From positions 5,518,001-5,582,000 of the forward strand of contig NC_045701.1 of NCBI RefSeq assembly GCF_009834535.1: 64,000 nt of DNA, written 5' to 3'. Position 1 is the stretch's first letter; every line of letters starts with the position of its first letter. Below the pieces are notes generated by a model that did no database searches, was not told the DNA's origin, and saw only the letters and a list, made by a program, of their open reading frames with translations. Origin of the DNA: Camelus ferus (taxonomy: Eukaryota). This document shows, in pieces, positions 1 through 13,500 of this stretch. The position numbers were made by a program, and so were the translations under genes.

Positions 1-3000
1 CAGGACCAAAGACAAAAAACGAGGGAGAGAGAGAAGCCCGGAGGGCACCATTGTTTTTTCTCCTCCCTTTTCTCAAGTGTAAGAGTGAAACCATGAAGGG
101 GGCAAAAAAGAGGGCAAATGGTGATTAGTGTCGTTTTTACTGCTGGAGCGGGTGACAGTACGTGCCAGCTGCCATCAGGACACCCACCACGCTAAGTGAT
201 GCTGCATGGCGGCCACCCCAGGCCGCAGGCGGCAGCTCCCTGCCTCACACCCAGGCCCCCTGCCACCAGCCAAGTAGTCATTTGTCACCTGCCCTGTGCT
301 GGTTCACTCTCTCCTTCATGAGCGACCTTAGCCCCGGTGAAGACTGAATGGTTCACTACACTTGTAAGGTGCATCTTCCTTCCCAAGGGCTTTATACCCG
401 CATCCAAGAGCTCGTACATCTGAACAGCCCTTCAGGCTTAAAAGCACCTGTGTACAGACGGACTCTGAACTGGAAGGTTCTGATATGCCCCAGTGCAGTC
501 ATTATCTGATATCAGCTGAGGCCCCCATCTCCCTCCTCAGCGATCTGGTTCAACTTGGCCTGCACCCCAATTCCAGGGCCCGTGGGCAGGGCTGGTTTCA
601 GACCATAATAGCCCCAGGACCTTTTAATCATCGAGCCCACATTCGGCATCATATCAAAATTAGAATATACTTTTATTTCACATTAAATGTAACATTCTTG
701 CTGTGGGAAAAAAAATCAAAAGGGTTTTCTTAATTTTGCTTTTGAAACTATTTAGCTGCCCAGTCATCCACTGACTATGTGATTGGCTCTGCTTTCCAGG
801 CTGTCATCATACAGACACAGGAAATTTTATAGAGTGAGAAAAATCAAAACATAGCTTTCTTTTCAACTATAAAGAACTTATAAATACTAAATTGAAAAGT
901 GAAGTTGACATAATTATGTCCTACAGATGTCTCATTAAATGTATTACTCTCAATTTTATACTTTTCTCTTTGTATTTTAGATCCATTAATTTTTTTTTTC
1001 TTGTCTCACATATTTTCAGAAGCTTTTGAAAAAAGCTGACCTGCCAGAGGCCCTGTGCCTGTGGGGCCTGCTCACCAGATGGCCCTGACTGTGGCTGCCC
1101 GAAGCCCTTGCCAAGATCATTGGCCTGTGCCTCACCTCCCTTCTGGCATCTTCTGATTCCTTGCTCTCGCATATCTGCACTTTTCGGCTTCAGCTAATGT
1201 CAAAACTGGTCGCAAAGCTCAGCTCCTTCATTGTTTCCTACAAAATATTCAACCACGTTTCATGAAGTTGGTGACCTGACAAATTCCGCGGGCCGTGGAG
1301 AGAGGTCACTCATGTACCTCGCGGCTTTCTGCCATCTGGTCGGCGCTACCCTTTCCACCCGCTGCCCACCCTCCCTCACCCCACATCCGCAAAGCTGCCT
1401 GTGCCAGCAGGGCGGCCACCCTGCCTGGGGCTGCTCTGCAGGGAGCCTGTGCCCACGTGGCTCCCTTCCCTTGTCTGGCTGCTTCTCTCTCAAACAGCAT
1501 ACCTGCCCTGGAAGGCCCGCACCCCCGAGGCCCCTTGGATTGTCTGTTTATCTGGGGCCTCCATCTCCTGAGAGCACCTGGGCAGGAGCCCCTCTGGACA
1601 CTCCCCGGGGTGGGGACCTCACCGTCTCTCAGGTCAGGGCTTTTGCTTGCCTTTGGCTTATTTTCACCATCAGAGTCATGAGATCAATCTGAGTTCTGGC
1701 TTCATTAAAACTTCACTCCCGCTCCTGGCCCTGCCTCTGGCTCCTTTGACCTTCAACATAACCCCCAAACAATGTACCCTTGTTTCCACAGGACAACTGA
1801 GGAGTCAGGTAGCAAAGTCCCAACAAAGACCGAGGCCTCTGACACCCAGGCCTGGGCTTTCTAGGGTCTCTCCTCCTGACTGTCTTTTATTACTTGACTC
1901 TCTTCAGTGAAGAGATGCTCTACACTGTGAATTTCCTTCAGCAAATGCAACAGGCTCTTTGCTTGTTTCATCAAACAGGGCCGTGGGGTGGGTGGGGAGC
2001 AGGACCAACTTCTCCTCCATTCATCAGGCGAGGCGCAGTGTCCGGGGCCCAGGATGCTTTAGGAGGCCCGTGAAAACGTTTTAATTTCTTCTAAAATAGG
2101 AAGAAAATAAAAGAATTTTTAGGATGAAGAAATTATTTTGGTATATAATATTAATATATTTGTCTTCATACCAATGCAGACATAAAATAAAACTTTTACA
2201 TTTTTTTAGGGAGGAAGGGGCCCACGAAAAGCCAGAGTATCCAGGGTCCACAACAGTTATTACGTGGCCCTGGTGGGCAGGGGTCCCCCCCCCCCCGCCA
2301 CTGAACTGCACAATGTGAAAGTCCGTTTAAAAGGATGGTTGTGCTCCTGGGGGAAGAAAATTGATTCCTCTGGAACTGAAGGACCATCACGCCCACCAGG
2401 TGAGTCAGATGAACTAACTTAGAGGCTGGTTCTGTCACATGGGTCAGCATGTGTTGGGTCCATCTGCCCCATGCTCTGAGGGAATTTTTCATAAGAGGGG
2501 GTACCATACAGAGCATGTAGGTGTTGATTTTCCTTCTGACAAAGGAAGATGGCATAAAACTTAGCCCTGGTTTAGGATCAGATAGGTTCTTTATCTCCTG
2601 TCAAACGAGCGGGTATGGGTGCCCTGCTTTGCCCAAAGCATCGGAGAGCAGTAAGGCCATCGGGCCACGCTCGGGGGCAAGCGGGCGCCGCTTTCTCTGG
2701 CTGGGGGAAGCCTGTCTTCTCCCTCCGACTCTCACTCCAGTTACAGCTGAACCCAGGGCTCCCTGCAGGACAGACGGGCAGCCCAGCAGAAGGCCCAGAA
2801 GGCTGGGGAGCCTTGCCTGGCTCATCCTCCAACCAGCCGCCCCCACTAGGCCCCTCCTCTTCTCCCTGAAGCTCATTAGCATTCTCAGCAGGGAAGCAGC
2901 AGAAAATGGTAAAAAAAAAAAAAAAAAAGAACTTGAACTTTGCACACAGCCAGCTCCGTGTTCCAGGCCCAGCTCTACCACTTACCAGCTCACTGTGCTT

Positions 3001-3269
3001 TCTGAGCCTCAGTTTTGTTTTCAGTTACAATGGGGATATTACCTGTTCGGATAGTTATTGCAAGTTATTGCTGCCTAAGAGGATCCGTGTGAAGTCCATG
3101 GCACCAGTAGGACTTAGAGCTGGCAGTCTGAGAAGAGTCTAGGGCACGGGTCTTGAAGCTGTGTTTTCATCCTTTCTGTAACATAAAGACATACTGGTAG
3201 CTGTATCAGAGATGGAGGTGTGCAGCCCTGGGTGCTTCCTCTGTCTGGCATTTAGTGGTTCCTCTCACC

Positions 3270-3635
3270 TTTTTTTTTTTAATTGAAGTATAGTCAGTTT
3301 ACAATGTTGTGTTCAATTTCCGGTGTACAGCATAATGTTTCAGTCATATGTATACATACATATATTCCTTTTCATACTCTCTTTCGTTATAGGTTACTGC
3401 AAGATATTGAATATAGTTCCCTGTGCTATACAGTGTAAACTTGTTTATTTGATACGTAGTAGTATCTGCAAATCTCAAACTCCCGATTTATCCCTTCTGT
3501 CCCCCTTTCCCCACTGGTAACCGTAAGTTTGTTTTCTATGTCTGTGAGTCTGTTTCTGTTTTGTAAATAAGTTCATTAGTGTCTTTTTTTATTTTAAGAT
3601 TCCACATATGAGTGATATGATATGGTATTTATTCA
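3270..3635 (-). mobile_element. 5'-truncated LINE-1 3' end (Cetartiodactyla type)
   Basis: Poly-T then aattgaagtatagtcagtttacaatgttg...ttccacatatgagtgatat, the reverse of the L1 3' UTR. Confidence 0.85.
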
Positions 3636-3871
3636 CCTCTGTTTAATGACCTGGTCCCATCCATTTACTAATCTGCCTTCCTGGTTCCACCTGCCGCCCT
3701 GCCTCCACTAGTCAAAGGAAGACAGTGTGTGTAATGGGAAATGCTCTGGATAAGAGGTCAGGGACCCTAGATTTTAATGTGAACCCTGCTGCCCCTTTGC
3801 TGCAGGATGTTGGGCAACTTGCTTCGTCAATCTGGTCTTCAGCTCCCTATCTGTAAAATTGGGTCTCCTTT

Positions 3872-4540
3872 TGTGAAATAAGAAATACATATGTCGATTT
3901 CTGCCCCTGGTTCCTGACACAGAGCTCCAAAAACCCTTGTAAATAGGGGTGCTAGGAGAATCTTCTAATATTTAGTCTTTGACCCCAGTTCCTAACACAG
4001 AGCTCCAAAGACCTCTCTAAATTCCTATGCGGTAGGAGCGCCTTTTGTTCTAATGAGGGGACCTGTGGTGAAATCCTGGACTGGGGGCTCGTCACCAGAA
4101 ACACCAAGCCATGATCAGAAGCCTGGAACTTTCAGTGCAGGACGCTTCTGGATCTTGTCCTATGTATCTCTTCATCTGGCTGTTCATTCAAATCTTTATT
4201 ATATTCTTTACAATAAACCAGTAAACAAAAGCAAGCATTTTCCTGAATTCTGTGAGCCACTCTAGCAAATTTTTTAACCCAAGGAGGAGGGAACGGGAAC
4301 TCTGATTTACAGCCAGCGGACACTCGAAAGTACGGGCGACAGCCTGGGACTCGTGATTGGCACCCAAGGTAGGAGCAGTCTTGTGGGATTGAGCCCTTAA
4401 CCTGTGGGATCTGATGCTAACTCCAAGCAGACAGTGTCAGAACCAAACTGAATTGTAGGACCCTTGGCTGGTGTCAGAGAATGGACTGATGTGTGGAAAA
4501 CCCATGCATCTGGTGTCAGAAATGTTGTGAGTATGGCAGG
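3872..4540 (+). mobile_element. Solo LTR, MER21-like (ERVL/ERV3)
   Basis: TGTG...aataagaaata start; duplicated ggttcctgacacagagctcc motif; internal AATAAA; gggattgagcccttaacctgtgggatctgatgctaactcc. Family recognised from memory. Confidence 0.7.
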
Positions 4541-5758
4541 ACTGATTTTATGACTCTGGGCAGATGCAAAGTTTCTTCACATCAGGAAAAGACTGGGGAT
4601 TCCTTGCTTGAAGATATTTCATGCCATGTACCGCATTACACTATGAACCTGGGAGATGGGAAAATTCACCTGTGCAGGCAGAGTGAAAAGCCTGTGGCCT
4701 TCTGTTAACTCTCCCCAGTTCACATCCTGAAGGTGGAGCTGATCTTTAAATTGCTCACCAGCAATCTGAAGCACGGCTAGAAGGCTCCCATGCTGCTAGG
4801 GGCCTGTGAATTCTCATATGGCACCTGCTGCGACACCGACGAAGGTGAGAAAGGGAAACGGAGCTCCAAGACTCACAGTGGTGACACCATCAAAATCCCT
4901 CTAGGAAAACCGAGAATTCCAGAGAGCCAGGGGGAATCACAACTTACAGACTGGGATCCGACTTGACCAACTTCCCCGACTGGGAAGTGACGTCCCACTT
5001 GAAAATCTCCACGCTGCCAGCTCAGCCCAAGTTCACATTCCTTCAAGTCGACCAGCTGCAAAACCGAAAGTTTGTGGAGAGAGTGAGTCCATGTGGGGAT
5101 ACGGGGCCAAAATGACAACCTCACACTTACCGATAAGCTGCAGGGTGGGATAGGGGACAAGACGAGAAATACCAATTCTGGAATTCCTATTCTTGCCCGT
5201 TCCTGCCCGCCCCTGCTCCTTGCAGTATGGAAACCATTCACTGTAGATGATTTACCAGGCATCTTGCTGGGAGTGCCTGGAGTAAATCACTTCCTTCTCC
5301 ACCGCTGAGAAGTCTCTCTCTGGCTAGAAGCATAATTCAAAGCAGTCTGCCTCCAATGAGCCGAGACTGAGGTTACGTGTGGAGTGCACCTGTCCTGATG
5401 GCCTGTGCCCCAAGAATTCTGAGCAGTGAGGAGACAGGTTAAAGAGGACGTGCCTCTGGGATAATGGGGCACTTGCTTCAGACAAACCTGACTCCAAAAC
5501 TCAGAGAGAGAATATTTGCATTTCTCTAAACCTAAATAATTATTTTAAGTAGAAATTATAAAAAATATTTAAGCCATGATTTCATTCATAGGATTTCTAC
5601 TTACATATAGCTTTCTGGGAATCTACATAGCTTCTAAAATGAGGGCTTTTTTTTTTTTTTTTTTCACTGAAATTAGATTCTATCTAATGGTTTGGTAAAC
5701 AATCCTGGAACAAGCTGATAGGATAATTGTAGAAGTACAAACAGCCTCCTTTTAGAGT

Positions 5759-6090
5759 CGGGAGTCAACAATTTTTTTCTGTACAGAGTCAGATAGTGAA
5801 TATTTCAGACTTTGTGGACCATAAGACTCATGGCCACTCACCTCCATCACTGGAGCACAAAAAAGCCACAGACATCACATAACTGGACGGCTGTGGCTGT
5901 GTTCCTATAAACCTTTATTTATAAACGCTGACATTTGAATTTTATATACTTTTCACATATCATGAACTATTATTTTTCTTTTGAGTTTTTTTTCAACCAT
6001 GTAAAAATATAAAAGCCGTTCCTAGCTCTCAGGCTGTACAAAAACAGGCGATGCCTTGAATACGGTCCCCAGGCGAGTGTTTGCCTGGTT
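5759..6090 (+). mobile_element. MER58B-like hAT-Charlie DNA transposon fossil
   Basis: ttttctgtacagagtcagatagtgaatattt...ggctgtgttcctataaacctttattt...tgtacaaaaacaggcg match the remembered MER58 motifs. Confidence 0.75.
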
Positions 6091-9000
6091 TATAAAATTC
6101 CAAGGCACAAATGCAATAAAGGCAGAGTTTTGTTTTTTGGTTAATGTAGTCCTTTCTCTACAGCTCTGCTGTTTTAAAATAAGACAAGTCGGTAAGAAAA
6201 AGGAACATCAAAGGAATAAGTTATCAACACTGGAATTTCAAGAGGAGTAAGGGAAGTATTTTGAAGAGGGTCCCTCATTTGCCACCTTGTTACAACTAAT
6301 GACTTAACCTTCGTGGGGAGTGAGTTTCACTTCTATCAAATTCAAGACTTTTGTTGCCTGCTGTTATATTCCAGGAACACACTAAGTGCAAAGATGATGA
6401 GAAACCAGCTCCTGCCCTCTGATAGGGAGGAACTGCAATTAGATAATGAAAGCTCCTTTCCAGCGAGCGATAGGAGTCAATCACTCAGGCACAAGACATT
6501 TACTGAGCACCGACGACATGCCAGGTCCTGGGTTAGGTGCCAGATGTTCCAGGATAGATTCTGAAGCTGTTCATGGTAAGCCACCGCCAAACTCGCTTTC
6601 ACTGTGTTATCATATTTTCCTGAGGGACAAATGGAGGCACAGAGGGTCAAGCTGGCTGTCCCAGAAGGAACAGAACACGAAAGAGGGGAAAGCACAGAGT
6701 GACTGGTCTCTTCCTTAGCAGGCCTGGACCAGGGTGAGGGGAGTGAGGCCTCCGGGGTGCAGAAGTCAGGGAGGTGTCCATGCATGCATGCCTGCGTGAC
6801 TGCGAGGTGGGAACCTCCCTAATTTTGCACCCTAGGGTCCCACTCGCCTGGCCGTAGCCCTGGCAGGTGCCTTAGCTCCCTCAGTGTCTGCTGTGGGCCT
6901 AGGGAGGGCTGGAGCCGGCATTTGTGGGTGTGGGCTACCTAAGATGCCCCGATTCCCTGGTGAGGGATTGCTTCTTTCTTACTGTATCCAGTCTCAAGGC
7001 CCTCACTTCCCCGCCCCAGGACCCAGGCTGCTGTGAGCACCACACGCTCCCTTCCGGGCTGTGGCTCCTGGGCAGGGTGAGTTGGTTTCTGTCTCTTCCC
7101 ACCACCTACAGTCTCTCTGAGTAATGCCAACATTACAGTCCAAGCCACCCCTCAGAGCTCCGCTGCTCCAGGTGTGGTCCCGGGACCGGCAGCCCTGGCG
7201 CCGGTGAGAAAGGCAGACCCTCAGGCCTGCCTCACACCACAGTCGGAATCTGCATTTTGACTGGGTCCCCAGGTGAGTCCCATGTGCATCAACCCCCGCC
7301 CGCCCGGCCCCGAGCAGGGCCGGTGCTGCTGGCCTGGACTCCGCAACCCAGCGGCCGGAGACGGGCCTTGCCTGGAAATGCACCACTTGCTGAAACTCAC
7401 GGAGGCTCAGGACTGGCCCTGCCCTTCCCAGGTGGGCCTCGCTCCCTGAGGAGCCCTCAGACACACTCTCCTGCTGTTTTGTTAATGGCTGACTCTAAAA
7501 TAAAAGAAAAAAAATTAAGCATTAGTTTCAGAAAACGATGCCGGCATCACCCTTTGAACCAGCCTCTCTCTGGAGACGCCCCTCCGCTTTAAAAGCTTGG
7601 GCAGTGGAGGCAGGAGACTCATGGGGCTATTTTCGAAGCGCCAAGTTTCCATGCAAGACCCTTCAGGCTAACGTGAGGCGGCAGGGGTTCTTTTTAAGGG
7701 ACAGACAGGACCTGCTCAGTCTTCCTTTTACAATGGACCAGGCGTGAAGAAAGGGCATTGACAACCCTAGTATTTGCTGATAGTCTGCCTCGTACCAGGC
7801 CCTGGACATATTTTATCTTTTATTCTTTAATGCAACCATAAAGGACAGGCTTAGAGGAGGAAGCAGCTTTGGAGAGGCCAAAATGACTGGCCTCAAACCA
7901 TCCAGCTGCTACCCGGGAAGAACCAGGGACTGAACCCGAGGGTTTTCAGTGTTGCAGACTCACAAAAACACATAGCACATAACTGTGGTCGGCATTTGCC
8001 CCGTGTGAGAGTGGTGGCGGGGTGAAGAATGCTCTGGGTTGGGGGACGGCAGGGTGGGGTCCTCAGGAGAGTCAAGGGCAAGTGTGCAAGTGAGAAGCTT
8101 GCAGAGGGCCCTAGCTCTTCGTGGTGGCGCGCCACGGCATCAAAGAGATATGCAGTCAGCTTAAGACTTCCCACGTTTGTAACTCAAGGTAAAACATCGC
8201 TGTAAAGTAAGTGGAAGGAAGACCAAGGATATTCAGATTTTTCCAATAATGACTTCATTAATGGTTTTGGAGGGGGGAAATGTAAAATATTAAATTCTAT
8301 CTTTTTTCCTCATTCTTTTGGGTCTCCCGCTTTTGCTGATGCACTCAGTGCTCACCCCGGTAGGACCCACCCTCACACCAGTTCTGAGGCCAGAGGACGC
8401 TGGCCCAGCTTGTGGAGGTGCTGATGCCCTCCCCCTGGAGGACCAGCCGTGTGCGGCACGGTTAGCAGGGTGGGGAGGCTGAAAACTCAAGTGAGTCACT
8501 GCTCTAAGAATTTCTGGAGTGTCTGCTATCCCCATTGCTGGGCTCTGAGTCAGGAATGTAATTGAAGCCACAAGACAATGGAGTGTGAAAGGAAAGATGT
8601 TCCCTGGTGTCAGACACCCTGGCCAACCAGATTCAAAAGCACAGAGCAGGTGTTTGGCTTTTGTTCCTGGTGCTGGCTGGGTCCCTGCACCCTGCCCCAC
8701 ACCCCAAAGCTGCTCTAGATAAGAGCCACAGCCAGGAAGCTAGGCTGCTGCCTTCTCTGCATATCCAGGATCTGCTCCGACTGAGAAGAGCCTGCTTCCT
8801 CCTGCTGACCCTTGTTTCGAGGCTAGAGATACAACCACATCTCAACAGAGGAAACCATGAAGCAGGACCTCAGACGATAAGGATTTCACCAGAGGAGGAC
8901 AAGGATTTCATTACTGTCCAAAGACAACTTTCAAGTGCCCTAGGTAACCTTCCAGTGTCTGGAAATAGGATCAACAACCAGGTGAGCTGAGTTTTCATAG

Positions 9001-9484
9001 TGTCATTGCGAATCCCCAAGAAACCGAACCCCGGAGGCAAACCCCATCACGCCTCGGAGGAGACACAGGACCTAGGCGCTCTCTTCCGGATGGCACGGGG
9101 GAGGTGGCTCCCCGAGAGCTGGCCGTGGTTGGTCGCTCCGTCGTGCTGGGTCTACTCAAGCCCTGCCCTCCCCACTGGAGAGGGGCTGTTCTTGCTGTTC
9201 GTCGATACTGGATTTTAGTCCTGAAGGGCGATGGAGCCTTGCCTCCTTGTGACTTCAGGAGGAAGATCCAACTGGGCCATCTGGCTCTGAACCATCCTGA
9301 TGAAATAAACATCAGAGGCAGCTTTGAAGGAGCAAAGACAGCACCAAATAGCAGCCTCACAGGTGAGAACGGAAGAGACAAGGGGCAGCCTTTTCTTTGT
9401 AGCCAGGGGAGGCTGATTGCAGACACAAGACTCAGGTGTGTTTAAATAACACAAAGGAAGTCGTGCATCACTGAGAGCTTGCTG

Positions 9485-9650
9485 TGTCAGGCACCGTACT
9501 AAACACTTCCCATGTACTGTCCGAGCCATGCCCTGGGGGCAGGTACGGTTATTATCATCCCTACCTTGCGGACAGAGGAGTTACACAGCTCACTCAAACC
9601 CACACAACCAGTAGGTGGCTGAGCGACTTTCAAATACTGGTCTTGCTTCA
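9485..9650 (-). mobile_element. MIR SINE fragment
   Basis: gtcaggcaccgtactaaacact...gtacggttattatcatccc...cttgcggacagagga; reverse MIR core. Confidence 0.55.
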
Positions 9651-10513
9651 AAGCCTGGGTTTTTATTTTCTGCTTTTGTAGTTGTATTTATTTTTTGTAA
9701 CACAACAAGGGAGAGAGGAGGTGAAGGGCCAGAGCCCGGTGATGTCCCCGGAACAGCTTCTGAGGCAGACTTTCATCCGGATTTGTATAGAAAAGGCAAT
9801 TTTGGAGTCCATACTTCAGGAAACTCCAGGCTGTCAATCTCAGTCCAAACAACTTAAGATAAAAAACCTCCCGCCCGTTCACCTCCATGGGGATCCAATA
9901 CAAAATGCAAAACAAACCTCTTTGGAAAACGCCTGCCCTTGAAACAAGAGTGAGCAAAGCCTGGGGTTTAACGTCTATGGTGGACTGCATCTTCGCAATG
10001 CAGTTTAAGTTTCTTTTATCACTGCTGCTTCCTTCTATCACTGTTTGTTACCAGTAGTCCAGGGTCTTCCCAAAACGGAAGAAAGAGTGACCCTGGGCAG
10101 TGCCTTGGAGCCCACACACCTGCTGTTCACTTGTATCAGTGCTTGGTCTAGACTCGGGGTACAGGAGAGAGTGGGTGGCCGCTGTGAGAGCATCTCTTCA
10201 AGTTCAGGTTTGTTTCTGCCGGTGGGAGGAGGAGGGGGGAGATACAGAGGTAACGTGTGGAGCTAGATTGCTTTAAACGCCTCTGTTTCAACGAATTTGG
10301 GGAAAGTTTTGCTTTGTTTCTTTCTTATGGACTCAAAGCCTGGAAATCAAATGGGCTGTCCAGTCCAGGCTGGAGCAGGAATCATATTTTGGGTATGCCC
10401 ACACTGAAAAGAAATAGCTTTTTTTTTTTTTTAAAAAAAGTGTATGTTTTCATTTCCTATGAGTCAGAAAATATCCAAATTACAAAGAACCTCATATCAG
10501 TTACAGTGATGAG

Positions 10514-10547
<34 letters not shown>

Positions 10548-13500
10548 GAAAGAAGCCGAATGTTCAAAAATAGGAGAATAACAAGTTACAGTGGATTAGC
10601 CAGTATCTTCATGATACCATGAAGGTTAGGTTAGCAGCCTAGGAAGGTGCTTACAGAAATTTTTTTGAATAAAAAATAAGGTTTTAGATAAAAAGCTCTA
10701 TATATACACACAGGTAAAACACAAGGAAAATAATTTTTTTAAGTGGTGGTGAGATTATGAATGACATTCTTTTTCTTTATATATTTCCCCTATCATTTTA
10801 TAACAAATAACCTGGGAATGCATACAATTACATGGTGCCTTATATCTTATGTGCACATTTTGGCTTATTTACCTTGCAGTCCTGTATCCAAATCTGGCAA
10901 ATAGATTTTCATTTGAACTTGCAAATTGCTGCATGAAATTTACATATTCCTTTAAATACATAGCACATGTCTATTGCTGTTATATGCAAGTCAGACCCTT
11001 TTTCATCCAAATTCATTACCCCATGTTTATCAGTAATGCTTTCTCTTTCTTGGGTAGGAACCAAAAGGAGAAAAGTACAAGGGAGTTGCCACCCCTCCCC
11101 CCCCCTCAGTTCCTATCAATACAGGAGCGAAACCTAATTCTCTCTGGCACACCAGCTCGCTTTCCATCTTTCCTGGAAGGCTGGAAAAAGGATTATCTGC
11201 AGACCCCCAGGGCTCCCAACCCATTAAGAAGACTGGAGTCTGGCAACCCCAGCAGGTCAGGTGACTCTTCTCCAAGGACCAAAGGAAGTCTTTCCATGGA
11301 AGAAGTGAGTGTTCATGGTGACTTATCCACCTGCTTTCCCAGAAAGCAAAAGCTCCCTGCAGATCCCTCTCGTGGAGTAAAAAGCTGATCCTGTAGTCCA
11401 TGAGAGTCTATGTAATTATTTATTTATGCTCTATTTCTTTGCTCTGAAGATTTACGGATGCTCTAGGATAAAAGCGAAGATATAGTAAGACCAAAAAAAA
11501 TTTTTTTTGAAGTTAAATGACATAAAACGAGAAATGGGACATGGGTAAGAGGGGAGAATTTTTAAATTAAGTCCTGCAGAAGAAACCGACAATACAGAAC
11601 AAAAATCTTGCTGGCCAGAGTAAATAGCAAAACCAAAGCACTTACGAACCAGCAGAGCTCTTGCTTCTAAGGTCTGAGAGGTAAGGCGGGTCGCGCATGC
11701 CTGAGGCTGGAGTACTGGAGAAAATTACACAGCGTGCCCGAGAGAGCCTTTCCCACTGGTTTTCAGCGGTTAAAAATCTTCCAGGAAGGGAGCATGATGT
11801 CTATTTTCAATGCACTCCTGTATCATTTGCTCTCATTTTGCCAGGCAATCAGATCCTATTATTATTATTTTTAATATGCATGCTTTGCTTCCTCCAGATT
11901 ATAGACTCCCCAAGTCTGTTTTATACTCACTCTATATTGTCCGACAGCCTCCAACCTATAATCCCTAAAATAAATGCTTAAGTGGAAATGGAAATTCCTG
12001 GTCCTGTAGGCCAATTTACTTATCATCTTAAGCTCCATATGTTCCCTAGTGACTAGAAGGCACTATGGAAGCTCTTTCTATGTTTAAGAGAGAGTGAGCA
12101 GGAGAGATTAATGAAAAACTGTCGCTGGAGGGGAAAGAGAGAACACAAGTCAGAAACGGGAGGCCTTCCAGATAGGCGTTCTCCAGTGGAGGGCTGGGGA
12201 TTGAAGAGATGTCAACAGTCCTGCCAGGATTTGAGACTAGAAACACTTTGCTGAGTCACACTGTCTTTACATTGATTACACTCCTATTCCTAGGAAAACT
12301 ATCGGCCTGTTCCTTTTTTATTTCTTAAGAAGGTGCTAAGGCAGACAGTCCTGGAGTTTCCTGGAAAGGAGTACACTGTGAGAACAGAGCAGGGATGGCG
12401 GTCACTGAGCACCAGAAAGCCAGGGAGTCACTTCCCGACGGACTCCCAGGATGCAGCTACGCCAGCCATCCCTGTGAAGCCATCGCTCACCTTAAAAACA
12501 AAAAGGAAAAACCCTATTGCCTGAGCGCTGGGTCACATTTCTAACATGCTGATCACTGGGTTTCTAGCAACAGTGCTTTCCTCATTTGAGACAGTGACGG
12601 GGCTCACTTCAGATGATGGTGTCCATGACCACAGCATGACTCCACCAGCTAATTGGCAAACTGTTTTATTGTGAAATGTGGTTTTCATAGAGGACGTGGG
12701 CTTGGGATGGGGTGGGGTGGGGTGGGGTCCTGATGCAGGATGTGGTCAGCCCAGCTCATCAAAGACCACAGGGCTGTATTATTCCACTGCATGTACCTGG
12801 GAATTTAATATCTGATTTATGAGTCCAACAAGTTTCACTGGAAAGACAGCATTCCAAATCCTGAGTATCTCCTGAATTAATAACAGATTAGGATTCACCA
12901 CCATTAAGTGTCCTCCACTCTCACCCCCATCCCTAAGGAGCATCCACGGACCCGGGGAGAGAGGAAGGAGAATCGTTCCTCTGCCCCACACACACCCACA
13001 TAAAGGGCTTTTCCCTTTCCTGTCATTAGCTGTCCTCTGCAGATAGCAGACAGACTCGGCAGTGGTCCTGTCTCGCAGCCCCTCCAAGGATGAATGAGGG
13101 CTGAACTGCCTTCACTTACATCTGCCGCAAGGCCTACCAGCAGGCTTCCCCCCAGCAACACATCCAAGTGCAGCCCCGGAAGGGAGCAACAGAAACTTCT
13201 TTTCAAGGGCCAGTGTTTTGCTCAAAAATGAAATGTGAACCTATCACTTTGAAAACATTCTTCCTGTCCTGTGCATAGGTGATTAAGGACGCCAGAATTG
13301 TGACAGGAGCATATGCGTCTGGGCCAATCCACAAACTGGATTTGGAATGTCTTTTATGTGTGGGGTACACTGGGAAGCCACCACCGGGGGACTGGTGCAG
13401 GGGATGTGCAGTGGGGGAGCGGGGGGGGGGGCTTTCATTTCAAAATGAAAGTTACTTTCAGTTTCCTTAGGAATCCAACCCAGGGGAGGAAGAGTTAGGG

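Noticed and set aside
1072-1087. CTCF-like TCACCAGATGGCCC (similar at about 23323-23337)
   Set aside because: Mismatches at key positions; a match by eye without PWM scoring or ChIP data is not enough.
317-1312. Two short ORFs sharing the peptide MSDLSP on opposite strands
   Set aside because: Only about 11-13 nt of similarity; expected by chance, with no wider repeat structure.
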